Source of the DNA: Lama guanicoe
Taxonomy: Eukaryota
Direction: 5' to 3'
Assembly (NCBI GenBank): GCA_013239625.1
Contig: MU054166.1
Coordinates: 384,598-448,597, forward strand
Length of the DNA: 64,000 nt
Of the stretch, positions 15,220 to 29,121 are shown piece by piece. The first letter of the stretch is position 1. The number at the start of each line of letters is the position of its first letter. The notes beneath the pieces are model-generated. The model ran no database searches and was not told the DNA's origin. It was given only the letters and a program-made list of their open reading frames with translations. Both the position numbers and the translations under genes were made by a program.

Positions 15220-15642
15220 GGAATTATAGAAATAGAAAGAAACAGGTTGTTCACAAGAAGGAGTGAAATGCGGTGAGGAAAAGAAAAATTGAGAAAATTA
15301 AGAGGGAAAGTTTTCCAGTTGAAAATTACATTTGTCAGGGACAAGGAATTTACTGTATGGGGAATAGCCAATAACTATTAAATATTTTTAAATAGCAACA
15401 TATCACATCTAGATATATTCTGGTGATCAAAGGAATTATAGAAATAGAAAGAAAAAGGTTGTTCACAAGAAGGAGTGAAATGCGGTGAGGAAAAGAAAAA
15501 TTGAGAAAATTAAGAGGGAAAGTTTTCCAGTTGAAAATTACATTTGTCAGGGACAAGGAATTTACTGTATGGGGAATAGCCAATAACTATTAAATATTTT
15601 TAAATAGCAACATATCACATCTAGATATATTCTGGTGATCAA
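15220..15642. repeat. 212-bp direct tandem duplication
   Basis: ggaattatagaaatagaaag...ctggtgatcaa starts at 15220 and again at 15432. Identical ORF translations are offset by 212. Confidence 0.92.
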
Positions 15643-15744
15643 TTTGAAATGTATTAAAAACAGCAAACAGTATGTTGTGTAAGAGAAACTAACACAGTGT
15701 TATAGAATAAAGTACAATTCAAAAACAAACAAACATATATATAG

Positions 15745-16120
15745 AAAAAAATTAGATTTATATTTAGCAGAGGCAGGGTTTGGGAAAGGAGAATTTGATT
15801 AATGCGCTCAAAAGCTACAAAATTCCACCTGTAAAATAATCGTGTTCTAGGGATTACTCGTAGTAACATGAAAATTAAAATTAATACTGCTTTTTGTTCT
15901 TTATCAATGGTATTAAGAGAGTAGACCTTAATGTTTCTCATCACAACCAAAAGACAAATTGTATATCTTTACAATTTTATGTAAATGAGATAATGAATTC
16001 TCCCTAAAGTTGCTATGATATTTATTTCATGATACTTGTAAATCAAATCACTATCCTGTGCACCTAAACTTACACAATGTTTTATGCCAATTATAACTCC
16101 ATAAAAGTGGAAGAAAAAAT
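15745..16120 (+). mobile_element. Old LINE-1 3' terminal fragment
   Basis: gagagtagaccttaatgtttctcatcac...aacttacacaatgttttatgccaattata is a typical L1M 3' end. Confidence 0.6.
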
Positions 16121-19100
16121 GGAAAGTCAATGTTCACTTTTTTCCATGTCATTTATCATGATTGTTTTTCAGCAAGTAAACTTGAGTCATGATATACTTA
16201 TCCTAGGTAAAGATACTAATAAATAAGTGATTCTAATAAATTATACTTAAAGATACCAATAAAATTACTGTTTTAACATGCTTTAAACTTTCTTCATGTT
16301 AACAGCCCACTGCTTCTCTGGAATCAAAATTTTACTTTGTGTATTCACCTGAGATTAGGGAATGGATACAAGTGTTAACCCTGGCTGCTTTTGCTGTGAG
16401 TTTTAAAGCTCACTATCGCAGACCAAATGTCTCATCTCCACAAGAACTTCTGTAAGAAATGAACATGCTAGGTTGCTAAAAATCTCAGCATGGTAAAATC
16501 TCAGAACTCCTTCAAGTCTTCACTGTTTTGCAATGGGAATGCAATACTGACAAAGACTTGATTTTGGATAACAATGCGCTGTTTTCTCATGGTTGCATTA
16601 TGGGATGTGAGGATAATCCCTCAGACCCACAACAAACATCCTCGCTCAAGTGCTGGGCAAAGAACTGTAAAGTTTCTGCATTTTTAGGACTGAGGACTGC
16701 TTTCAAAATGATGACTATGCTCACTCTAATCCTGGTAGCCCAAGGAAAGAAAGGTTATTACAATTTGTAGCTTAAACGGAATAAATCAGCAGTTCAGTCT
16801 CTATTAAATAGTCATGGGGTGTTCAAAGACAAAATAAGATGTGTCAACAATGAGAATTAGAAGAAAAAATAAATTGGCCATAAGCTTAAATTAAAAAGGA
16901 GACACAGCCCTGTGCTGGGCTCTGGGGACTGGAGAATGTATATTCCTCTGTCAAATTCAAGGATTCAGTGGCTTGGCCCTGGCATTAGCCAGGGATTCAA
17001 TGAACAGGTAACAATTAGGATAATGGGAGAAATATAATCTACCTCTCCCTGATCGGAAGAAAATCTGGTGGCTCAATGAAATTTTTAATTCACAGGGATT
17101 CTGTCAGATGCAGAGGAATAATTCACTGCTGACTCAACTAAGACAAACTTAGTTACTAGTTAACTATCCATCTTCACACACACACACAGTGGCAGACAGA
17201 TTTTGTAGTATTTAGTGGGAAGAATTCAGTGGGCAGAACTCAGAGAATAGTTTTCAAGCACCAGCCAAATTTTGTACTTTTGCCAATAGTCTAGGATTTC
17301 CCACATAGAAAACTACAGATGGACAAACAATATTCTTCTTTAGGATTTCTAATTTTGAAAGTAAATGGTAGCTTTTGACTTATCAGTATAGAACCTTGTT
17401 ATGATGATCACAGTAAGACCCACTGTGTGATAACAGAGCTGGGAACTAGCTGCTGAACCAGCCCATCTGAACCCCAGACTGCTAATGTAAGCAACAAAAT
17501 AGTCACCATCATAGTTGAGCTGACAAATTTTAAAGCTTGATGTTTCTGTTTTAGGAACAACCACTAATGTCCAGACCCAGATCTCCTGCTGCAAGTGGGC
17601 GCTTTTCTTCTCTTGATAAAGTTCATATAGTTGGGATGTTGCTAGAGTTCACCATGGCCAATTTCACCATTCTCCAGATTATCAAAGGCTTTCTTCACAA
17701 ATGGTGACAAATTTACAGGACACAATGTTGCCATTCCAGTCTTATCAGCTGACACTGGCTGCATGATTGTGAGCAGAAGCCTTAGGCTACCTGATCTTGT
17801 CGAAAATTTTCCAGCATTTCAGGGCATTTCACATTCTGAAAATGCTTCACCTTTTATTTTAAATTAATGGGAAATAAAGTCCTCCATGAATATTTTATAT
17901 TTCATAATATCTGCAGAAATTTGGCATTCTTGCAGTTGGACAAATTTTTAGTTCTACCACCCTCACCTCTATTTAGTCCACACATTTTAGATAGCAATTT
18001 GGTTACTGAAAACGACCACCTGAACCAAGGGTCAAGTAACTCTTAGATACATCCTGTGTGAAGGTTAGAAAGGGCACAATTTAGGTGGGGTGTATAATCC
18101 TACATTAAATGGTTGCAATGACACTGTCTTTTCTGGTTAAAGCTCTGATTCTAAGAAGTAAATTAATTAGAAGGCAGTATAGATATTGATATGGGGAAGA
18201 GAATCAGCTATTTTGGGGTGGATGGGTGATGAAGAGACAGGAAAAAATCCAGCAAATGAGAATGGAATGCTTTACACCTCTGGCAGGCATGAATTAAGAA
18301 GAAAATAATACTTTGTCTCCTGTACCTTCCTCCAATTACTGTCTTGTGTGACTAGTCCTTGGACTATGAAAAGAGCTAGTCTGTGGTGAAGAGTAAAGAC
18401 CATAACAAAATAGTTGGAAAACCATGAGAATTTCCTTGTTTCAAGAAAGTGGATTTTGCTTAAAGTCAACATGTATTTTTCATTCACTAAATAATAAAAT
18501 GCATCCTGTGGCATATTCTGTGCTTACTGTGCTGGTATCCAAGTTAGACAAGGAAAGGGGGATAGACAGAAAATTTCTGAGGGAGGTAGTTTCTGTACTG
18601 AGACTGGGAAAATCAAAGTAGCTAAAAGGAGGACACCTTAAGTCCAAGGATGAGCTGGAGCAAAAGTTGTGGGTTTGGAGCTAACATTTTTCACAAGCAT
18701 TTGCCTGGATGTATCTCCAAATACAGCAAAACATAAAGATATGTCAAGGTAGTCAGATGCCAGATCTATAAAAAAAGACTAAACGATGTTGAGTTTGTGG
18801 GCTTAGAGTTGGAAAGGCATTAAGTGCCACCCTGAGGACGTAAGCTTGTCTTTGGCTGGAACACAAAAGCAACATAAAGTATTGACTAAAAAAATAGCGT
18901 AGCCTCTTCAGGGCAGGAAATGAAAGTACCAGTTGGAATGCTTTGAGAACAGCACAAAGAAGACCATAGATAAAATTACTTTTGAAATTCTTCCACATGC
19001 TGAATGTGCCATCTGAGACTACACCATGTGACCATTTTGATACCAGGAATGATAAAAAAGAGACAATGATCGCTTTACAGTTTCCTGCATTTATATCCTG

Positions 19101-19475
19101 TTCAAACCTACCCTAAGTTAACACTTTTAATACTTTCTAGAATGAACCAGGAAACACTTAGTACTTTTCCATCTCTCTCTGTTTTAGTCCTTTTCCAAAT
19201 TCTTGAATTTTCTCTTCTTCCTTCGAAGAAATTATTTAAATTTACACCCATATTGTTCCATCAAATGATCATGTCAATCAAATATCTCTTTTTTTCTTTA
19301 AATGGTAACTTATACTCCTGTATATCTCTTTACTCTATTCTAAAAAATATAAGGAAAATACAAGTACACATCTATGTTTATTGTTCAAATAAGAAAATTG
19401 CAGATATTTGTCAACATTTGCCAACATCAATATTTATCTTTGTTATCCTGCATAATCTGGTAGTCCTCTGGTAAA

Positions 19476-21148
19476 TCAGTTGTGATTAGGATGACGTTCA
19501 TAAATTGAAGATGGCTGATAAGTTGGCCTTGAAAGAGAAGTAGCTGATGTATCAGCTATCACTGTCACTGGAAACCGTGGGTTGCTCCCTGGTTGAAGTT
19601 TAGAAAAACGACCTTCATTGGCAGATATGTTGTGATATCCATTTGGGAAAGTAGAAGGCTCCACCATCAGTCCAAATAATAGCTCTCTGTGGGATAAAAG
19701 ATGCTGTACTGAGAAGTAGAAGTTATAATTGTAATGAAGCTCACAACACGGCCATTTGCTTCAGTGTAGCTGCTTTGAGAGTGCCCGTGGACAGTGGTCA
19801 ACTGATTTAAAATAGCACGTTGATCCACTGCAATTTGTTTTGGTGGTCTAAATGACATTGATTATGGAGGATAAAAATCACCTCTGATCGGGGTTGTTGT
19901 ATCACCAATTATTTGTCTAGTAGAGGGCTTCCTTATTAGAGGAATGTTTAAATTTACAGAAAGTAAAAATTCACTTTCTCCACTAGTGTCAGCCACAAAA
20001 TCAGAATTATGATTATGCACATTACCCCCTGCTTTAAAGTGCTTCTTTTTGAAATCTTCAGCCAATGAAGATACCAGAGAGGCATTTTTAATCCCAACTC
20101 TTCTTTTTATTCTAACTAAAAGCTGGGGACAGCCTTGTTTAAGATTTAGATTATGGCAGAACTGCAGCTGCAACCAATAGAGAAAGATTTTAGTAATATT
20201 TTAAACGAAAATACAAGACTACAATAAGCCTATCCTATAAAACCTCAGATTTCATGTTGATTATGCAAAGATAATATCATCAAAATATGAACATTCCTGA
20301 CTATATTTTGAAATTATTTATTTGGAATATACACATTTATATAGTATATCATCAAATTTAATAAGTTAGTATTTGCAGTAACGGTGAAAGCCACTTTTTA
20401 AAAGCAGCTTTAATACGTTTATTTAGTTTTCTGGTAAGATTCATAGTTGCTAGGAACGTTTCTCATAATCTTGAATACTTAAGGCACTGTCCTCATTTTT
20501 AGAAAAAGTAAAGAATTTTAGCCTTTGTAGTTTTATACAATTTTCAAAATGTAGCCTTACATTTATATTACCATAGGTTAATGTACAAAATAAAATTTTA
20601 TATATGTTACCAAGTCGTAACTACAATTACTGAATACCTTGCTTAAAACAGAGACTTTATTCCTTCTGCCAGAATGTCAGCAGGAGAAACAGATCTTTGA
20701 ATATTTTGCCGCACTTTACTAAACCCATAAATGCTAAGCTGTCTAACTAAACTTTACATACTTCCAGTTTCAAATATTCTGAAAGGGGCCCTTCTTTCCA
20801 AAACTTCCTTCTTAAAGACATCTTCATCAATCAGTATCGAAGTTCCATTATCATCCCACGAGATAGATTTATATTGGTCACCCCCAGCCATTTTCCAGAG
20901 TTTTCTTGGAAATGTCAGAGAACGAAAATCATTATCTTCATCTGGTTCAGAGACACAATGTGTGTAACATGGTGTTTTTAACCAGGATTCTTCAGACAAA
21001 GACTGAAATTCATTTTCTTCAATCATAGACCTCAAGTCCAAGTCCCCAGAGAATGTCTGATCACACAATAGAGATATATCAGAGTTCCTGAAACAGTTTG
21101 TCCAACTTTATGAGACATATCTTGGATTTCTGGAGAAACATGTGCCAT
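19476..21148 (-). pseudogene. HSFY: HSFY unprocessed pseudogene (exons 20638..21148 and 19476..20167)
   Basis: Colinear with the intact copy, retaining the intron and splice sites. Lesions: 1-bp deletion ~21085, AAA>TAA at 20754-20756, 1-bp deletion ~20660, TCA>TAA at 19862-19864, and 1-bp deletion ~19675. The ORF track shows it split into four pieces. Confidence 0.92.
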
Positions 21149-21278
21149 CCCAAATAACTTTATCTACAGCTACTTTTCTAATCTGCATGATTTTGAGCAC
21201 TGCGGCTTCAAATGGTGCTTTGGCAGGCCTGCACAGATAAACTTCTAGGCCATCAAAATGGTTCTCTACCTAAGTAGC

Positions 21279-21312
21279 CGTCACATCACAAAACGACTGG
21301 TCTCCCAGCAAC
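21279..21312 (-). promoter_or_regulatory. Paralogous promoter motifs of the HSFY pseudogene (CGTCA half-site/TCACATCA; GTCTCCCAGCAAC)
   Basis: Positional homologue of 60291-60322. Confidence 0.3.
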
Positions 21313-22699
21313 TCAAGTGTAACATTCAGCCAGTGTTTCCTTCTCATTCATCCAGTTAAAATGAAACATATAGGATGCTTATTTTTATGGTGTGATCTGC
21401 AAATATTATCCCCAAAAATCTTTTTAAATAATTTAATTTTGGGGACTATGAAATAAAATCTGTCTCCATAATTTTGTATACAAATTTATACAAAATTGGT
21501 GAACAAAGTATAAATAAAGCAATAAATATATAAAATAATTTTAAAGTTATGAAATTTAAAGTGAAATTTGTTTAAAGCCTGTACAGAAAATGTATATCTA
21601 TTTCAATATCATTTGTAATTAAAGTGAAATATAATTTGATTTGGAAATGGAAGTTGGTATTTATCTCTGTACTTAAAAATAAGTAGCTCTATATTCAAAA
21701 CATGAGAAGAATAAATATCAGCTTATTTGTTATGCTTACAAATAAATGGTAAATATTTATAAAGTAAAACTTGATTAAAATTATATATCAAATATAAGAA
21801 ATCCCAAAGTGGGGAATTTTTTATTTAAATTCTAATTCAGTTCTATAAATAAAACAAATGTAATTTAACATTCTACCATAAAAATTAGAAGAGAGACAAT
21901 CTTATTGCATATTTACAAATGTTTATTTTTGCCATTCTTTCTGTCAGAGGTTTTTCAGTCCCAAGAAGGAAAAATTTTTCTTGTCATCATTATAATCCAT
22001 ATTCTTGTGGCTTCTGTTTTGTGTTCCAAAATGTTGTTGATAAATACACTTATGCACAAGACTCTGGGTTCAATAAGCTGTGCCTCCATTAAGAAGCAAA
22101 CAAGCAATGAAAAAAACAAAGAAATAACAGTGTATGTGGGTTGGGGTGGAAAATACAAGGTAATGCATTTTAGGAAGCAATATGTTTCTCAGTCCTGAAA
22201 ATTTTGGCATTGTTTATATAATACAGCATTTTAAGGCAAGTGATTTGTTCACTAATTGTAAATATTACCTATGTTCTGTAACAGTATACATAAGTAAATC
22301 CAGTTCTATCGAAGTTATATTCTTTATTTAGAAATGAATTCCATTAAACTTAAGTCAAATTCAAAATGAGAGATAAAATTTTTAAATAAATAAATGTACC
22401 CTCAAGCTACAATGTAAATTTTTCCATCAGTATCTGTAAATTCCATTCTAAATAAATATTAGCAACCTCAATTCATGGCATATTATAAGTATTATCAACT
22501 ATAGTTTTGTTGGATTTAGTCCTGATTCATAAATATTATTTAACTTATGCAAATTAAAATATTTGATAACATCCCTTAGAAAACAAAGAATTGAAAAATA
22601 ACACTCTCAGAAAATGTAGGAATATTATTAAAATATGTGATCTTAAGTTTTTTATAAAAATATTTTTACAAATTCACTGTAGATAGAATGTAACTAAAC

Positions 22700-23225
22700 A
22701 TAATATAAGCCATTTATGAAAAACCCATTACTAACATCAAGTTCAATGTTAACATACAGGAAGGTTTTCCTCTGGTCCAGTAATAAGAAAAATTAGCTCA
22801 TTTTCACAAGTCCTAAGTTACACTACTAGAAGACCTAGCCAGAACCTCTAGTCAAGAAAAAATATAAAAGTTGTCCAACTTGTAAAAAAGCAGTAAACTA
22901 TTTACAGATGACATAATTATACATAGATAGAAAACTCCATAGACTCCTCCAGTGATGGTTAGAAATAATGAACAAACTTAGTAAACTTCCAGAATACAAA
23001 ATTGATTAAAAAAATCCATTGCATTTTTATATATTAACAACCCATAATCAGAAAGAGAAACTTAGAAAATTATTATGTGTAAATTTATACCATAAAGAAT
23101 AAAACAGGAATATATTTTGTAAGTGAAATAAAAGACCTAAGCATAGATCAATAAATTACAGGTGCAAGAAATATAAGAAAATAAATTAAATAGAATGATA
23201 TTCGGTGCTCATGGATTGTACACAA
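22700..23225 (+). mobile_element. LINE-1 ORF2 (RT region) fragment
   Basis: atgaaaaacccattactaacatc, ctatttacagatgacataatt (the LFADDM motif, degenerate). Confidence 0.7.
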
Positions 23226-23259
23226 TGTGAGGAAATATTGTAATCTATCTTTTCAAAGT

Positions 23260-23790
23260 TAAGGCTCCCTAGCACTAATTATTTAGGAGAATGTCTTTTC
23301 TTCATTTTATACTCTAGCTTTCTTTTTCATGGGTTAATTGATCATAGGTGTGAGGGATTATTTCTGGTTTCTCTATACTCTTTTCTTGATTAGTGTCTGT
23401 TTTTAAGCCAGTATCATGTTGTTTTAATTACTAAAGTTTTGAAGGACTGTATAACATCAGAGAAATTTACACCATTATATTTAATACTCTTTTTCAACAT
23501 TATTTTGGCAACTCTTGATCTTTGTGGTTACATATAAATTTTGAAATTATTTGTTCTATTTAATCAAAAATCTCATAGGTATTTTGACATGAATCACACT
23601 AAATGTAGATTCCCTTTTGTTGAATGGTTGTGTCAACCACATAGTTTCACATCATTAACATAAGAGATGTGTTCATTTCTTTGGATCAGTTAAATTTTCC
23701 TTCACCAATGTTTTCTGTTTTTTAACATATAGGTTTTTACCTTATTTCTTAACTTCATTTCTAGGTGTTCTTTACACATATATATAATTT
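23260..23790 (-). mobile_element. LINE-1 ORF2 fragment, antisense
   Basis: gttaattgatcataggtgtgagggattatttctgg...gccagtatcatgttgttttaattact. Confidence 0.7.
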
Positions 23791-23809
23791 TATACATAAT
23801 AGTTGTAAA

Positions 23810-26800
23810 CTCGTTTCCTACACAAATACAGCAGGCAGAAGGCAGTGGTAAGGCATATTCAAAGTCCTGAATGAAAGAAATCTGCAATCTAAGATACATT
23901 TTCAAGCAAGGATCTCTTTGAGAATAGAAGGAGAGATAAATAACTTCCACACAAACAAATGCTAAAAGAATTTAGCAAGAGAAAAAGAAATAATGAAAGA
24001 TCTACTCTAAAAAAAAAAAAACAGAATGCAATGAAAAAGTGAAAAGGATAGTTAGAAAAGCAATTTATACAAAGAAATACAACAAAATAAATATGATGTT
24101 GTAAAACTGGACATCAAAATTTTTAAGGGTCACAGAGTGAAACAGAAGAATACAGAGTATTTTCTTCTTGTTTGTCTTCTCTGTAGGATGGTTATGAGTT
24201 TGTATTCTTATCAGTTAAAATAAACAGATATAGTACGATTCAATATAAATACAAAACAAGGTAACCTAAAGTCAAAAGCTTACAATGAAGTCACAAAGCC
24301 AAAATGAAACAAAGATAATAAAAGAAAACTTATCAAGCCACAAAAAGGAAAAGAAATGAACAAAAGTAAATACCAAATCAACTGGAAAATGAAGTTCAAA
24401 ATAGAAATAAACACCAGTCTATCAATAATTATCACAAATGTAAATGGATTTAGTGCTTCAGTCAAAAGATATACATTGTCTGATGGGATAATATAAAAAA
24501 ACCCTACATTATGAAGCGTACAAGAGACCCATTTGTAAGAGGAAAATACATTAATTGAAAGTCAGAAGTTGGAAGAATATATTCCATGCAAATGCACATG
24601 ACAAGAAAGCAGGACTAGCAGTACTGACTTCACACATAATAGACTTTACAAGNNNNNNNNNNNNNNNNNNNNNNNNNNNNNNNNNNNNNNNNNNNNNTAA
24701 TGATTAACAATACAAAATGAGGTTTTTATACACATTAAGATATATGCACTAAAAATTGGAGCACCTAAATACAAAAATCAAATACTAATAGATAAAAAGA
24801 GAGAAATCGCTCGGAACACAATCACAGTTGGAGACTATAACACCCCATTACCATCACTGGACTGGTCTTTCACACAGAAAATTAATAAGGGAACAAGGAT
24901 AATAAAAGACATGATAAAATAATTGGAGATGCTTTATACTTCCAAAACAGTACTTCTCCCAAAAACAGAATATACATTCTTTTCCAGTGCACATGGAATA
25001 TTTTCAAGGAAAGATTATAAACTCAGGCACAGAAGAAGCCTCAACAAATTTAAGAAGATAAAAATTATTTCAAGCAACATTTCTGAGTAGAATACCATGA
25101 AACTAAAAATCAAACACAGAAAAACAGGGATAAAAAATGACAGAATCCAGATTAAAAAACATGGTACTAAAACAAAGGGGGGACTTGATGAATTAAAAGA
25201 AAAAATTAAAAAATATCTTGAGATATATGACAAAACACTACACAAAGTCTATGGAATACAGTTAAAGCAGTCTAAAAAGGGAAGTTCATATTGACAAAGC
25301 CCTCCTCAAAGTAGAAGAACTATTTCAAAAAAATAATCTAACGTTCTATGTAAACTAATCATGAAAAGAAGAGAAAACAAAACCAAAAGCCAGCAGAAAG
25401 CGGGAAAAAATAAAGATCAAGGAGGAAATAATTGAAATAAAGATTAAGAAATAGAAAAAATCAATCAAACACTTTTTTGAAATTTTAAACAAAATTGACA
25501 AATCTCCAGACAGGCTCACCAACAAGAAAAAAGAGAGAGCACAAATAATATAGGAAATGAAAATGGAGAAACTACAAAGAGTACAACAAATTTTCAAAAT
25601 ATCATTAGGGAATACCATGAGCAACAGTTTGGAAACATTCTGGATAACCAGGAAGAAATGGAAGAAGTTTTTGGAAACATTCAGCCCACCAATATTGCAT
25701 CAAGAAGAAATTAATGATTTGAACAATCATATCACAAGAAATGGAATAGAATTAACAATAAAATAAAAAAATCTCTGCAAACAAAATTCAGACCCTAATA
25801 GCTTCACTGGGGAATTTGACCAAACACACAAAGAAAAATCCATACCAGTCCTCCTCAAACTCTTCCAAAAGATTGATATGGGGAGAGAGCTCCCAATCTC
25901 ACACCATAAGGCCAAAATCAACCTGATACCAAAACCAGACAAAGACACTACCCCAAAAAGAAATCTATAGGCCAATATAATTCATAAACATAGATGTAAA
26001 AGTCCTTAAGATATTATTAACAAACAGAATCCAACATCATGTAAAAAAAAGATCACGCACCACTGTCATTTTAGGTTCATCCCAGGAACACTAGGATGGT
26101 TTAACATATGCAAATCAATCAATCAATTGTGATACATCATATCAACAAAAGAGAAGACAAAAACGATATGATCATCTCAGTAGATGCAGAGAAAGCATTT
26201 GATAAAAATTAACACCTATTTGCAATAAAAGTTCTTATCACAGTGGGCATAGAGTGACCATATCTCAACATAATGAAAGCTATTTATGACAAATTTATAA
26301 CCAGCAAAATACTCAATGTTGAAAAACTGAAATCCTTCCCACAAAAACCTGAGACAAGACAAAGATGCCCATTCTCACAATTTCAATTCAATATAGTCTT
26401 GGAATTCCTAGCCACAACGATCAGGCTAGGAAAAGAAATAAAACTATTCAGACTGGAAAAGAAGAAGTAAAATTGTCACAATATGCAGAGATGACACTAT
26501 ATACAGAAAAGTGTAAAAGCTTCACAAAAAATACTTAGGCTAAAAAAGGAACTGGGCAAGGTATTCAGAATAATCTACAAAAACCAATTACATTTCTTTA
26601 CTCTACCATTGAATCAACAGGATAAGAAATTATAGAAACAACCCCTTTTATAACTGCACCCAAAACTTTAAAATGCTTAAGAATACTGTGACCAAGGTTG
26701 TGAAAGAGTTATACATGGAGAACAAGAAAAAATTCATTGAGTAAATCAAGAAAGATTTGAAGAATTGAAAAGATACCCAATGGTCTCGTAATGGAAGAAA

Positions 26801-28560
26801 TAATATTGTTAAAATGGCCATACTGCCCAAGGCAATTCACAGACTTTATCTGAGTTCCTATCAAATTATGCAAAACATTTCTTTTTAGGACTGAAAGAAA
26901 TTTTCATAAGATTTATATAGAATCAAAAATGATCCATAATTTCCAAAACAATATTTAAGACAAAGAAAGAGGCTGGAGTAATAACCCGCCTGGTCTCCAT
27001 AAACTATTGCAGAGCTACAAAAATCAAAATGACATGATATTGGTACAGAAACAGGCACATGGGCCAATGGAACAGAATAGAGAGCCTAGGAATAATACTA
27101 AAGGCCTATGTTGAATTAATCTTTGACAGAGTAGCCAAGAATATGACAGAGAAAAGAACATCTCTTCACCAACTGGTTTTGGGAAAACTGGATAGCAGCA
27201 TCAGAGCAATGGAGTTAGTACAATCCTTCATTCCATACACAAGAATAAACTCAAAATGGCTTGAAGACTTAAATGTAAGGCAAGACACGGTAAATCTCCT
27301 AGAAGAAAATATTGGCAAAACACTCTGAGATAAATCTCAGCAATGATTTCTTAGAATAGACTACCCAGGTAAGGGATGTAAGAGCAAAATTTATAAATAG
27401 GACCTAATTAAACTTATAAGCTTTTGCACAGCAAATGGAACCATAAACAAAGGAAAATGACAACCTACAGTATTAAAGAAAATATTTAGAAGTGATACAA
27501 CTGACAAAGACTAAATTTCCAAAATATAAAGATTTCATACAACCTAGTAATAATAAAAAAAAAGAAACTCAATCTGAAAATGGGCAGAAGCCCTAAAAAA
27601 GCATTTCTCCAATAGAGACGTACAAATGTCACACAGATATATGAAAAAAAAATTGCTCACTCTCATTATCAGAGAAGTGCAATTCAAAACTATAATGAAG
27701 TATCAAATCCCAATATTCACAATGGCCATCATTCAAAAGTTCACAAACAAAAAATGGTGGGGAAGCTGCAGAGAAAGTGAGCCCTCCTACACTGTTGTTA
27801 GGAATGTAGATTCGAGCAGTCACTTTGGAAAACAGGATGGGGATTCCTCTAAAGTATAAAAATAAACTTAACAAGTGATCCAGCAATCCCATTTCTGGGT
27901 ATATACCAAAGGGAACCATATTTCAAAAAGACACCTTCACCCCAATGTTCTTAGCAGTGCTATATACAACAGCCATGACATGGAAGCAAATTAACTGTCA
28001 AACAACAGATGAGAGTATGCAGAAGTTATGCTGTATTTACACAATGGAATATATTCTGCAATAAAAAATGATAAAACAATGACATTTGCAGCAAAATGTA
28101 TGTCCCCAAAAAGTGTCATTCTAATTGAAGATAGCCAGAAAGAGAAGGAAAAATAATACATGACATGACATATGTAGAATCTTAAAAAATAATTTGGATG
28201 TGAACACTATGATTTCATCTACAAAACTGAAACACACTTGCAGAACTACTTAATAATCTTATGGTTACTGCAGAAATGGACTGGTAGAGGATATATTTGG
28301 GAGCTGTAGATTTATAAATGTCATCCACTATATATAAAAATAAATGTTTTCAAAATTTCTTTTGCATAACACAGGGCAGTAAGTCAAATACCGTGAAGTA
28401 ACGTTAAAAAGGCACAGAAATATATGCATTTACGGGGACACTGTGCTAAACACCTCAGATTGACACATTGTAAATGGCATACTTCAATGATAAATAAATG
28501 AATAAATATTCAAATAAGTAAATAAATAAATAAATAAAGTAAATAAATAATATTTAATAA
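23810..28560 (+). mobile_element. LINE-1 from the ORF1 C-terminus through ORF2 and 3' UTR with (AATA)n tail
   Basis: Peptides MKAIYDKFITSKILNVEKLKSFP..TRQRCPFSQFQFNIVLEFLA and MGQWNRIESL.. (L1 ORF2), plus an A-rich tail at 28490-28560. Confidence 0.88.
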
Positions 28561-28564
28561 TAAA

Positions 28565-29121
28565 GGAAATACAAAGATTCACACTATTTAAATTTACACA
28601 TCAAAAATCTAGGAAAAACAGAAAGAATAAAGAAGAAAATTGAATAAATTAGAGCAAGGCAAATAACAAGACAAACAATTGAAAAGATAAGAAAAATTAC
28701 ACCTAAGTTTGTTTCTTTTCAACATAAAGTGGACAAAAGTTTAGGTTGGCTAAGAAAATAAAGACTCAAATAAAATTTGAAATAAAAGAGCAGATATTAC
28801 CACTAAAGTTGCAGAGATGCAAAGCATCATAAGAAATTACCACTAGCCAACGATTTGAATGACCTAGAACAAAAGATAGATTCCCAGAAACATATGTCTT
28901 CCAACACTGAATCAAAAAGGAAATAGAAAGTTAAATTCTGCAAAAGTGTGTATGAGTAAATCAGTAATCCAAAGCTCCCAAACCAGAAAAAATTTACAAG
29001 ATGACTTTAATGGTGAATCCTGTCATACATTAGAAGTAAATTTTTCACCAATTCTTCCCCAAAACTTTCAAGAATTTGAAGGGGGTGAAAGATTCCAAAG
29101 TTGTTTTATGATGCTAGCTTT
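28565..29121 (+). mobile_element. Older LINE-1 ORF2 fragment
   Basis: aagactcaaataaaatttgaaataaaagagcagatattac, gactttaatggtgaatcctgtcatacatt. Confidence 0.65.

Larger units (their letters stand above)
12530..15740 (+). mobile_element. LINE-1 ORF2/3' UTR with internal deletions
   Basis: Motifs cctagaagaaatggacaacttcttagaaa, aagctgaaagcatttcc and gccatttgcaaca; 3' end at ~15730. Confidence 0.8.

Noticed and set aside
10900..15740. Opposite-orientation L1 pieces as a twin-priming inversion or Y palindrome
   Set aside because: The pieces overlap in L1 coordinates and are diverged from each other, so they are better explained as separate old insertions. No high-identity inverted arms were seen.
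20731..20967. Plus-strand ORFs overlapping HSFY (also 58895..59143, 59883..60121)
   Set aside because: Antisense shadows of HSFY exons with no independent evidence.
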